A stretch of DNA of 64,000 nucleotides from assembly GCF_009914755.1 (NCBI RefSeq), contig NC_060938.1, one strand, 5' to 3'. Source of the DNA: the human T2T-CHM13v2.0 reference genome, Homo sapiens. The position numbers were made by a program, and so were the translations under genes. Position 1 is the stretch's first letter; every line of letters starts with the position of its first letter. Below are positions 1-11,100 of this stretch, one piece after another. The notes below the pieces were generated by a model, which saw only the letters and a list, made by a program, of their open reading frames with translations, ran no database searches and had not been told where the DNA came from.

Positions 1-3000
1 AAATCTGCTTCTGTGTACCAATGGGGAGGGCCAGACAAGGCTCGTGGGTCTCCTTCTTTCCTCCAAAAAACACATAATCCTTTAACAGGGGTCCCCTGGA
101 GACACTGCCTTGTTTGTTGTTCAACACAGAGTGGGTGAGATGAATGGTGGGAAATAAGGCCGAGAAGGAAAGACCTCGTGGAAGCTGCTGCTCAGGCAGA
201 TGTTTCAGGATGCAGGAGGCTCAGGCCACAGCATTAGAGGCTGCCTGCCTGGCCTGTGGGCAGAGCAGTTTCAGTTCATAATCTTATTTAAACATTATTA
301 CAATGAACAATACATGCTTATTGTAGCCAACTTAGATAATTCAGCAATCACAAGGAAAAAAATCACTCATAATCTGGCTATAATGTGTAAACTTTAAAAC
401 ATTTTTTTCTATCCCCCCTTTTCCTCAAGGAAATAGTGTTCTTACTGTGAATACATTTGGATGTATATATTTCATGGTTATTGAACAGTCTTCCTCCACA
501 CCATTTTGCATGTGTTCATGGCAGTCAGGTAGATACACTTCAGCCACTGTCTTGGCGTGGCCTCCTGTGGTTTAGGAATGAGGGAGCTGGGACAATTGAG
601 GAGGCAAATGGCAGCATCAAAGTCAGATGACTGACCCAAGGCCACCTCACAATTCTATAACATTTGGCTTAGACACTGTAAGTTAGGACAAGAAGGAGCT
701 TTGGAAATGACCTTGCTGGGCATCTCTTTATGTTTGAAGACACTGAACTGAGAGGAGGCGGCTCTTGCCGTAGGCCCCTGAGGCCATCACTGGCAAGTAG
801 GACCTGGAACCCAGGAATCCTGATTCTTTGTCCAGAGCTTTTTCTGCTCTTTCACAAAACACCATCTTGCCTTCTTAGAAGAGTGTGAAGAATTTGGAGA
901 GATTTCACTGATCGTGGTGACACAGAGGTTAGAAGGTAAGCGCTATGAGGGAAGAAAAAAGCAGAAATTATGTGGAAAAGAGAAAGACAAAGTATGAATG
1001 ATCATGATCTTTATTAAAGTTTGAGGTAACTGTAATTAAAATGCGGATGGACTGTTAGGGATTCTGATAGATTATAAAGAAGAATTGGAGAGAAGGATGT
1101 ATTTTTTGATTGTCAGTAGAGTGGGTTATAAAGGGTCACAGCTGATATTTACAATAGGTAACCATGGTGTCAGGAAGGTGGCTTGAAGTAGACCTTCAAG
1201 GAAAGTGATAGTATACCCTTTGAAAGTAACTTGCTCAGGTCACAGAGCTATAATTGGCCACTCTGAGCCAGATAGAACCTGCGTGCTCTATCTCACAGGA
1301 CTATCTGAAATACCTCTCAGAACTGTCCATCTGGGGAAAGAAAAAAGGGAACATCTATCTGTTGGTTTATTTGCCCTATGGTCAAGTGTTGCTCTGCAAA
1401 GTGTTAATTCCCCTGCGCTTCTGGGTTGCTCTTATCTGAATCCATCCTTCCTGGCTAGTCCCAGGGTGGGACATGAAAAGCTTGTAGAGGAGAGGTGCTA
1501 TCAGGTCATGCCTGCTTGAGCTGGTCAAAACCTAGACAGAACTGGTCACTGAGGATGGATAAGAGGTGAGGCAGGGAAGATTAGGAGTTGTGTACAAGAA
1601 ATATTCTATATATTTGAACTAGAATGCAAATCTGGCTGGTTCCAGACAGAACATCCTGTGCAGCTGAGACTTCTTTTATTTCTAAAGACTTTTCAATGTA
1701 TATTTCCTCCAAAGCTTATATTCTTTTCATCATAGCCCACGGGGTAGGCTGCCATGATTGTTCCTGCTTGAGTCACATGATACCTCTAGAACAATCACTG
1801 TGGCCAGGGAGGCATGTTCTATAAAATGACCGCTGCTCTCTTTAAAATCATGTTTGGAGCTTAGCGAAAGGTACATTTCTCAGAAGACAAAACAGTGGAT
1901 GTCTCTTGTGATAGCAAATAATAATAATAGTTATCAAAACCTCTGATTCAAAGGCTCATGGTGCTTTCAGTTTTACTTAAAGCTCAGTTTTCATAGGAAC
2001 TCGGTGAGATAGGTAGAAAATATTTCATACAAGAGATAAAGAAGATCGGTGCCTCTTTGGAAAAAAGCCTCTAAAATATTTGTGGGATCTCCCTGGTCTC
2101 TCCCCTCTACTAAGTGCACAGAGAAAGAACACCTTGAGTATTGCATCCAGAAGGCTAGGCAGAGTTGGTATTATTTGAAGCAAATTGGAAAGGAATTTCA
2201 GAGATAAAGACTTAAGAATAGTTTTAATGGCTTTATTCCACAACAGCCTTCCAACATAGATTCAATTCAGTGTTGCCCAGTGGATTACAAATTTGAATGA
2301 AACTCAAAGGAATCATTCCACTAAATGGATTGAGACATTCTAGCCAAAGGATGTGGGCTTATTGCAGAGTCCCCTTGCCATGGGTGGAATGGCAGAGCAT
2401 GCCATTTCTGAGCTTTCTCTACCTGGCACCTTTGTTCATCACACTTAGAACTTCTTTGGTTGGTGAGATGTGGACACTCAAAATCCTCTGGCCTGTTTTA
2501 ATTGGACCTTTAATTTCATTCTTTGTCCTGGTTAATTTTGCTAAATAAACCAAGGCAAGCAGGTGGCTTCATGTGGTTACTATTGTTACTATTAAAAGCT
2601 ATGATTAAGACAGCTCTGCACACCTAGTTTTAAACTCAGGCCTGACTATCCTACTTTCCTAACTCCATCCCAAATCCTTTGTAAGACTTATTTATTTATT
2701 TTTATTTATGTATTTTTTTTTTGTAAAACAAACAGGATGGACAGCTGCACTCAAATTTGTATTTTGGATAGATTCACATCATTTTCTCAAGTAAAAAGCA
2801 CATGCTTTCAGTACATTTTCTTTTTTTCTCCCTTTTTTCCCCCTGGTGCTGGAGTTCATAGAATTCTAATTCACATAAGTTTTAATATTTCACCCAGCTG
2901 GACTGTGTGTTAGGGGCTAAGTTTTCCTTTCCCCTCATCTCAACATTTGTCTTTGACTCCTCCATTTGCATCTCTGTCTCTCTGGATTTTTCTTTCTCTA

Positions 3001-3081
3001 TTCAGGCCTTTCTCCATAAATTTTCCTGTAGAACATAAAGGAAAAGACAAATTCCTGATTTGACTTTCGGTGCTGGGGTAT

Positions 3082-3704
3082 TGTCAGAGACATTTGAACC
3101 AGAGTGATTGCATCCTGAATAGGGGTAAAATGAGTCTGAGACCTACTGGGCTGCATTCCCAGGAGGTTGGGCATTCTGTCACAGGATGAGATAGGATATT
3201 GGCACAAGGTACAGGTCTCAAAGACCTTGCTGATGAAACAGAGTGGGGTAAAGAAGTCGGCCAAAATCCACCAAAACCAAGATGGTGATGAAAGTGACCT
3301 CTGGTCATCCTCTTTGATCATTATATGCTAATTACAATGCCTTAGCATGCTAAAAGACACTCCCACCAGTGCCATGACAGTTTACAAATGCCATGGCAAC
3401 GTCAGGAATTGACCCTATATGGTCTAAAAAGGGGAGTAATCCTCAGTTCTGGGATTTGCCCAACCTTTTCCCAGAAAACTCATGAATAATCCACTCCTTG
3501 TTTGACATATAATCAAGGAAAAAGCATAAAAATAGCCAATCAGCAGCCCTCAGGGCTGCTCCATGGAGTATCCATTCTTTTATTCCTTTACTTTCCTCAT
3601 AAACTAACTCTCACTTTACTGTATGGATTCAACCTGAATTCTTTGTTGCATGAGATTCAAGAACCCTCTCTTGGGGTCTGGATTGGGACCTCTTTCCAGT
3701 AACA
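3082..3704 (+). mobile_element. MER41B-like solo LTR (ERV1)
   Basis: Starts TGTCAGAG and ends GTAACA; 4-bp TSD GTAT (3078-3081 / 3705-3708); MER41 core (AAGACCTTGCTGAT, CCATGACAGTTTACAAATGCCATGGCAAC); retains the GAS-containing segment typical of MER41B. Confidence 0.9.
3468..3476 (+). promoter_or_regulatory. GAS/STAT1 motif TTCCCAGAA in MER41B
   Basis: Exact TTCNNNGAA; the upstream partner site is degenerate (TTCTGGGAT, 3447-3455). Function is inferred. Confidence 0.5.
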
Positions 3705-3829
3705 GTATGAAGGTGGGGGAAAAAGGCCCCATCTCAGAATAAAGAAATAATAAATAAGGGATAGATGGTAAGAAATTCTGGAATTCTGGGGGTAGGTTTT
3801 GGAAATTTTTTCCCTAGAAGAGGGTAAGG

Positions 3830-3982
3830 ATCAGCATGTTGAAGCCAGCTCCAACTCCAAGTTCAGTAATGTCATTTTGATAACTTGAAATTGGCCATAG
3901 TGAAAGTACACCACCCAAATTGACATACATTACAGGTCTCTCTGGAATGCTGATTGTTAAACATTTACTAATGAATCATAGG
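3830..3982 (+). mobile_element. MER63-like hAT DNA transposon remnant
   Basis: CCAACTCCAAGTTCAGTAATGTCA...TTGAAATTGGCCAT...TTGTTAAACATTTAC resembles recalled MER63A. Confidence 0.6.
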
Positions 3983-4159
3983 CATTTCCATAGAGTGTGT
4001 TTGCGTTATTACAGCTAGGAGGCCTGGGTTATGTTTTCCTAGTAGACTTTATGTAAAAAGCCCATTTGTTCCATTGCCCCTCCCCATATCAGGTTCATTG
4101 GGTGAGGTGCCAAAGGCTTTGTACCAGGTGTCTGGAAGGTAGTGTTCCGATCCAAGCTG

Positions 4160-4520
4160 CTCTTCTGCCTGGAACTGTCTTCCTCAGGTAACAGCTTGGC
4201 TCTCATTGCTTCCTCCTTCTCTTCCAGTCTTTATCAAAAGCCACCATCTCAGTGAGGTCTTTCCTGACCACCCATTTGTCCCTGCAACATGTTCATCACT
4301 GCACATCCTGTCCCACTTTCTCTGGGCTTTTCCACGTCCTCTATCATTTTCTAACTATATACTTCATACTATATACTATATTATGTTTATTTTGCATCTC
4401 TCCTTCTGGAATTAAGCTCCTCAGCCTCAGAAATCTTTGTTTGCCCACTGGTATATCCCAAGCACCTAGAACAGTGTTCAGCACACAGTACATTCTGAAT
4501 AAATATTTGTTGAATGAATC
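4160..4520 (+). mobile_element. L2 3' end remnant
   Basis: TGCCTGGAAC...CACCTAGAACAGTG...AAATATTTGTTGAATGAAT, the typical L2 terminus. Confidence 0.75.
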
Positions 4521-5275
4521 AAATAAATAATCCTATCTCTAAACAAACTGGTATTACAATTTGGTGAAAGGTATAGAATGGCAACTCTAGTCTTCTAATC
4601 TGCAAAATAATGATGTATTTTGTTTTATTTAAGGGGATTTTTTTTTTTTTTGCTAGAATCAAGTGAGATAATATACAGGAAAGCAGTACTTTAAAATACA
4701 AAGAACTTTGTCAAAGTAAAAGGCGTTTGTACTGAATGTAATTGGTTTCTCATAAAAAATAGCCACATTATCTGAACTCTAATTTGATGTTCCTTCAGAG
4801 GGTATTACCTCCAGAAGGAAGAAAGGGAGGAAGAAAGGAAGGAAGTGGGAAAGAAAGGAAAGTTAAAGAATAGCAAGAAACAGAATAGGCTGCCCCAGAC
4901 TGAGCCTGCTCTTGTTAATGTACTACTATTAGGACGATACTATTTTTAAAATGAGGGTTGAAACTGCCCCTCATGCTTGGCTAATGACATGGTTACATCA
5001 TAAAAAAGTCATTCTTCTCTGGCAATAAAATGCTACTCTTTTAAAATCAAGGGATTCTTATAGAGTAAGAAAAAAATCAGTTGCTTACTGATACCTGGAA
5101 AATTAAATTCATTTCACATGGGAGGAAACTTTGCCTTCCAAAGAGCTATTTCTGCATTAGAAGAGAGACTGATTGTGGAGTTCTATGTATTTATGAGATA
5201 CCTGTGGCACAAAACACTCAGTTGTAATGTGGTTTCATAGAAAAATTATGAAGTAAGTTGCCAAGGAGAACCAAA

Positions 5276-5326
5276 ATCCATCCATCCATCCATCCATCCA
5301 TCCATCCATCCATCCATCCATCCATC
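5276..5326 (+). repeat. (ATCC)n microsatellite
   Basis: About 12 perfect ATCC units. Confidence 0.97.
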
Positions 5327-5334
5327 ATGGCTAA

Positions 5335-5555
5335 TGTCATGGACTCTAATTCAGAATTTTGGATGTGAATTTTACCTCCATTACTTAATAGCTGTATGAT
5401 CTTGGGCATGTCTTCTTCACGTAATTTCCTCATCCATAAAATTGGAATAATATTAGTTCTCACCTCATAGGATTGGTCTGTGGATTAAATGAGCTAATAT
5501 ACATAAAGCTCTTAAATAGAGCCTGATATATAATAAGGACTATGTAGGCATTAAC
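5335..5555 (+). mobile_element. MIR SINE
   Basis: MIR core: CTGTATGATCTTGGGCA...TTTCCTCATCCATAAAATTGGAATAATA...GGATTAAATGAG. Confidence 0.8.
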
Positions 5556-5591
5556 TATAACTAATTTAGCCAATATTTATAGAAACCCCAC

Positions 5592-6098
5592 TAGGCGCTT
5601 GGTAAAATGAGGCTGAGACTTACTTGGCTGCATTCTCAGATGGTTGAGGCATTCTAAATCACAGGGTGAGACAGGATGTCAGCACAAGATACAAGTCATA
5701 AAGACCTTGCTGATAAAACAAGTTGCAGTAAAAAAGCCAGCCAAAACCCACCCAAACCAAGATGACGAGACTGACCTCTGGTTGTCCTAATGACTATACT
5801 CCCACCAGCTCCATGACAGTTTACAAATGCCATAGCAACGTCAGGAAGTTACCCTATATGTTCTAAAAAGTGGACCCATGAATAATCCATGTGTTTTTTA
5901 GCATATAATCAAGAAATAACCCTAAAAATGGGCAAACAGTAGTCCTCAGGGCTTGTCTATGGAGTAGCCATTCTTTTATTCTTCTACTTTCTTAATAAAC
6001 TTGCTTTCACTTTACTCTGTGGACTTGCCCTGAATTCTTTCTTGCACAAGATCCAAGAACCCTCTTGGAGTCTGAATTAGGACTCCTTTCCTGTAACA
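5592..6098 (+). mobile_element. MER41A-like LTR, body and 3' end (inverted segment)
   Basis: MER41 core lacking the GAS segment; ends CTGTAACA followed by AAGC; first ~38 bp are missing here. Confidence 0.88.
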
Positions 6099-6328
6099 AA
6101 GCTATTACTTATAAGTGGCATTTGAAGTGCAGGGCAGTCTTGTGGGGTGGATCCCTCAACCTGCTACTCCAGATAGATAGATAGTGCCAGGTTTGAACTG
6201 AATTAGATGACACCCAGCTGGTGTCTGCTGAATTGGTTGGTGTTTGTGGAAAAATCTCACACATGTCGTATCAAAAGTATTGTGTTGAGTGGTGTGTGAG
6301 AGTAGGACGTTTTGGTTTTTCCTATCTT
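6099..6328 (+). mobile_element. MER21-family LTR, 3' part (inverted segment)
   Basis: GGCATTTGAAGT...GCAGTCTTGTGG...CCCTCAACCTG...GACACCCAGCTGGTGTC matches the MER21 3' region. Confidence 0.75.
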
Positions 6329-6422
6329 TTAACCATCTGAGAATGCAGCCCAGTAGGTTTCAGCCTCATTTTACACAGCTCCTATTCAAGATGGACTTGC
6401 TCTGATTCAGACACCTCTGACA
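6329..6422 (-). mobile_element. MER41A-like LTR 5' end
   Basis: Minus strand reads AAGC then TGTCAGAGGTGTCTGAATCAGAGCAAGTCCATCTTGAATAGG..., the MER41 start. Confidence 0.88.
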
Positions 6423-7068
6423 GCTTGTCATCTAGTCTCTTGACCTACCAGTTATATATCAGGGTTTCCACAACTGCCTCCTTGGTTTCAATTAATTAGA
6501 GCAGCTCACAGAAGTCAGGGAAACACTTGCATTTACCCATTTATTACAAAGGATATTTTGAAGGATACAGATGAACAGCCAGATGGAAGAGATGCATAGG
6601 GCAAAGCATATGGGATGGGATTCAGAGCTTCCATACCCTCTGTGGCAGGCTACCCTCAAGGAACTTCCATGTGTTCAGTTATCTAGAAGTCACCAACCTA
6701 GTCTTTTTGGGTTTTTATGGGGGCTTCATTATATAGGCATGGTTGATTACATCATTTGACATTGGTGATCAACTTAACCTTCAACCCCTCTCCCTTTCCT
6801 TGAGGTTGGTGGGGTGGAGATGAAAGTCCCAACCCTCCAATCCTGTCTTGGTCTTTCCCATGGCCAACTCCCACCCTGAAGCTATCTAGGGGCTGCCAGG
6901 TGCCAGTCATCTCTTTAACATACAAAAGATACTCTTATTACACTGAAGATTCCAAGGGTTTTAGAAGCTGTGTGCCAGTATATATGTGTGTGTGTGTATA
7001 TACACACACACACTATATATATATATATATACACACATATATGTGTGTGTGTGTATATACACACACAC

Positions 7069-7100
<32 letters not shown>

Positions 7101-7131
7101 TATATATCTTATCATAAATCACAGTGTCATA
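6423..7131 (-). mobile_element. MER21(C)-like LTR, 5' part
   Basis: Minus strand starts TATGACACTGTGATTTATGATAAGA and contains CTGGCACACAGCTTCTAAAACCCTTGGAAT; interrupted by a TA/CA microsatellite. Confidence 0.78.
6979..7108. repeat. compound (TA)n/(TG)n/(CA)n microsatellite
   Basis: Alternating purine-pyrimidine tract containing a duplicated higher-order unit. Confidence 0.95.
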
Positions 7132-7228
7132 GTACTAGGCACACCTTTCCCTATCATTATTCATTTGTGAGAACAATTTTAATAGTTGCATAAGTATTCT
7201 GCAAAATATATATGGATATACCTTAGTG

Positions 7229-7732
<504 letters not shown>

Positions 7733-7989
7733 ATCTTAGTCTATTTAACCAATTTAGTATATTTAACTGTTTTTTGAATAGTTTGTTTACGAGGTGTAAC
7801 TCTGCCTAGGAAACCTCTGGGCAATCAGAATTCTTATCAGTCACTGACAGGTAAGTGTGAGTGAGTTTATTAGCTTAATGAGGACTATAAATCAATCTCC
7901 GAGATTCCTATATCAGATACACCTCAGGCAGCGCTGTAGAACCTTATAGCCTCACCTGTACCTTATTTTGTCCCCTATCCTGGGGATTA

Positions 7990-8325
7990 GTAGTCATCAG
8001 GGAGAGGTCAGACCAGCTTCATGCAGGTGCAAGGAGCCCAGCCATGATTCACCTCAGGCCCTCACTCCTACATCTCTGAACACCCACCACAGAGCTTCTC
8101 TCTTGATGCCTCAGTGTGGGATTCCTTGGGTATCCACTAGGCTTTCAGGTTGTACCATTCAGGGCAGTTAATGCCCCACCCCTCATGTTGGCAAACTCCA
8201 CAGTGCATCCCTCCTTGTTTTATCCTCCCTCCATCCATCTGCCTAGAATCACACTTCCCAACAAAGTGTTCTCTTTTAAGTCTTGGTCTCAGGCTCTGCT
8301 TTCTAGGACACTGGGTTGGTTAACC
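7990..8325 (+). mobile_element. LTR16-like ERVL LTR remnant
   Basis: 3' end CACTTCCCAACAAAG...CTTGGTCTCAGGCTCTGCTTTCTAGG resembles LTR16; boundaries approximate. Confidence 0.45.
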
Positions 8326-8655
8326 CCTTTCAGTGCAAAATGTACATGCTATGCCACTTTCTTCCATGTTTTCTTAGTGAGGGAAAGGCAGAAAGCAAGA
8401 GTTCTTAAGTTGGGATAGGTGAATCAGGCTTCAGGAAGTCTGTGAACTCTCTAAAATCATACACGAAATTGTGTGTTTGCATGTATTTTTCATTTTTTTC
8501 TGGGAGAATCCACTGCATTCAATAGGTCATCAAAGCAAATAACCAAGAAGTGATAGAAAAGGGAGAAGAAACAAAAGGAAAAATTTAAGATCTAAGGCAA
8601 TGTTTGAGAAGACAGATAGAAATGGGATACCACATGTAATCTGCTGAGTAGCTGG

Positions 8656-8739
8656 GGTGATGGCACCAGGGAGGTGGTGGTGTCGGGAAGTGATGGTACC
8701 AGGAAGGTGATGGTACCAGGAGGGTGATGGCACCAGGGA
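8656..8739 (+). repeat. ~17-bp minisatellite (GGTGATGGYACCAGGRR), about 5 copies
   Basis: Directly visible tandem units; the second unit is degenerate. Confidence 0.8.
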
Positions 8740-8780
8740 AAGGAAAAGTATAGAAAAAAAGTAGGAAAGTATAGAAAAAC

Positions 8781-9395
8781 AGTAGGGGTGAAAAGTCATG
8801 ATAACTTTTTCCCACCCATCATAAGGGTCATGGCCAACACTCCAACCAAATGCAGGTTAACAGGAGAAAAGCATAACAAATTTATTTAATTAGGATCTAT
8901 GTGACACAGGAGGCTTCAGAAATGAAGACCCAAAAGCCCAGGGAAAACTGTCTATTTTTATGCTTAGATTCAATGAAGCTGTGTAGAAATGTGATTGGAC
9001 AAAAAGAGGATGATCTAATGGGAATAGACTAAGGGGGAAATCCATTAAGCCCTATCTGTTCAGATCCTTCTCAGACTCTCTGTGTAGCATTCCTTCCTCC
9101 TGGGTATGGGACAGGACCCCTCTGAATGGGGGTCTTCAAGGGAGAAGAGAGAGAGTGATCTTTCTAGGTTTTATGGTTTGCTTTGTGGGAGAGGAGTTTT
9201 AGTTTCTATGACCTGCCCTGGAGGACAGCAGTTTTGGTTTCTATGATTTGCTTTCAGAGAGAAAGAAGGGCAGGAGACGGGAGCATGGGAGGTCAGAAAG
9301 ATCCAGTTTCTGAGGTTCTTCCAAACTCCATTAGTTCAAAGTACTCCACATGCCAAGATGGTATACTTTGGGGTATTATGTTCTGAGCTCCAGCA
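8781..9395 (-). mobile_element. MER39-like (MER4-group ERV1) LTR
   Basis: Minus strand starts TGCTGGAGCTCAGAACATAATACCCCAAAGTATA...GAGTACTTTGAACTAA and ends near CACCCCTAC; subfamily uncertain. Confidence 0.6.
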
Positions 9396-10422
9396 AATAG
9401 ATGAAAAACATGTTTCTCTGATGTTCAGTTGGACCTAGGTCAGCAGCTGGCATTCTAGGAATGCTCAGATAGCCCATGGTGAACATCCACATTGGAACTT
9501 TCCCCTCTCTGCAATGGAAGCCTCTGTTTCCTGATTTGTCAAGGAAGGTGGTTGGTATTAGTGATTTCTAAAGAACTTTCAGCAAGAAAATAGTGGCATC
9601 TTCTGGTTCATATCCCTGTGGTTTGATTTTTGGTGGTTGCTCCCTTAGGAAGACCTAGCATTCCCTGGTTCTGCCAGGAGTAGACTGAAGTGGCAGCTTT
9701 CCTGAGAGCCCAGCTCTGTCCTCAGCTTGGTCTCTATCAAGCCCTCACCATCTGAAGTGTCACTCTAGAATGAAAATTACATTAATTGAATTTTGGGGGG
9801 TTGTGCCTTTGGAGGAGGCAACCCGAGAGTCAAAATCTAATTTACATACTGATAAGAGTTGAAAAATGATGCCTTCTAATGAACAAAATGCCTGCAACTG
9901 GTCTGGCTTGATATTAGCATAAAAGGGTTAATCACTTTGGCATACAGTTAGAAGGTAAATTTTCCTGCAAAAATCCATCAAAATGAAGGGTTCTCTCCAT
10001 TGCAGTTCGTAAGTAATACTGACAGGCCTGAGAGCAGAAATCAGAGTCTGATGAAAGACCAATGTTTTGACCCTGTTCTATTCATTGGTTAAATTTCATT
10101 TGGTTGGTGAGAGCCCTGAAGAGTGAGGTGGGGAAATCCCCAACATCTGGGAACTGGCAGCCCATGATCGCCTTGGCTGGAAGCTCCCAGTTTAGTTTCT
10201 CTCCTCCCTTCCCTTTGAAAGGCGAGGGGTCAATAGCTCAAGGCTGGCCAGACTTCTACAAGCTTCACAGGACCTTTCAACTCAAACTATTTTCATGACA
10301 CCACCTAGCCACTTTGATTGACTTCTGTTTGCCACCAGAATTGTCAGATTGTTTTAGGCTCAGGTCTTTTTGGCCTTCTTGAGTTTTTATTGGTCCTCTG
10401 TTAAGGAAGTGAGGTCATGATC

Positions 10423-10424
<2 letters not shown>

Positions 10425-10456
<32 letters not shown>
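10425..10456 (+). repeat. (GT)n microsatellite
   Basis: About 16 GT units. Confidence 0.97.
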
Positions 10457-10459
<3 letters not shown>

Positions 10460-10469
10460 AAGATGACTC

Positions 10470-10907
10470 TGACTTTGTATATGAACGTTCATGGCAGCAT
10501 GCTTATAGCCAAAAGTGGAAATAAACATCCATCAACAGATGAAAAGATAAACAAATAGTGGTATACCCATCCAATGGAATGTTACTCATTCAAACGAATG
10601 AGATAATGTTACAGTGTGGATGAACCTCAGAAACAGCACACTAAATGAAAGAAGCCAGGCCCAAAGATCACATATCTCATGTTTCATTTTTGTGAAACAT
10701 CCAGAATAAGTAAATCAGATTGGTGGTTGCTATGGGTTGGGGGCGGGATGGGAGTGATGGCCTAACAGATTTTCTTTTGGGGTGGTTCAAAGGTTTTGGA
10801 AGTTGGCATAGGTGTACACAACATTGTGAATATACTAAATACCAATGTATTGTAAACTTTAAAATGCTTAATTTTATGTTATGTGAATTTTACGTCAAAA
10901 AGAAAAC
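10470..10907 (+). mobile_element. L1M (L1MB-like) 3' end
   Basis: GCCAAAAGTGGAAA...TCCATCAACAGATGAA...TTTTATGTTATGTGAATTTTAC plus A-rich end. Confidence 0.75.
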
Positions 10908-11100
10908 TTGATTATTCTGAATGCAATGTGGAGGATGGATTAGAAGGGGCAGGTTGCAAGTCTATTGCAATGGCCCAAGTGAGAAATTATAATAGTTTGA
11001 ACTAGGGTCATGTCTATGGAGGTAGAGAGGAGCAGAAGATCTGAGAGACATTTGGAGGTAATTGTTAAGGATGTACACCTGCAAAAGTAAACCCTCATAT

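Noticed and set aside
879-935. Possible 57-nt exon (CTTCTTAG acceptor, AAG|GTAAGC donor)
   Set aside because: One frame is open (ECEEFGEISLIVVTQRLE) but I do not recognise it; such splice pairs are common by chance and there is no transcript evidence.
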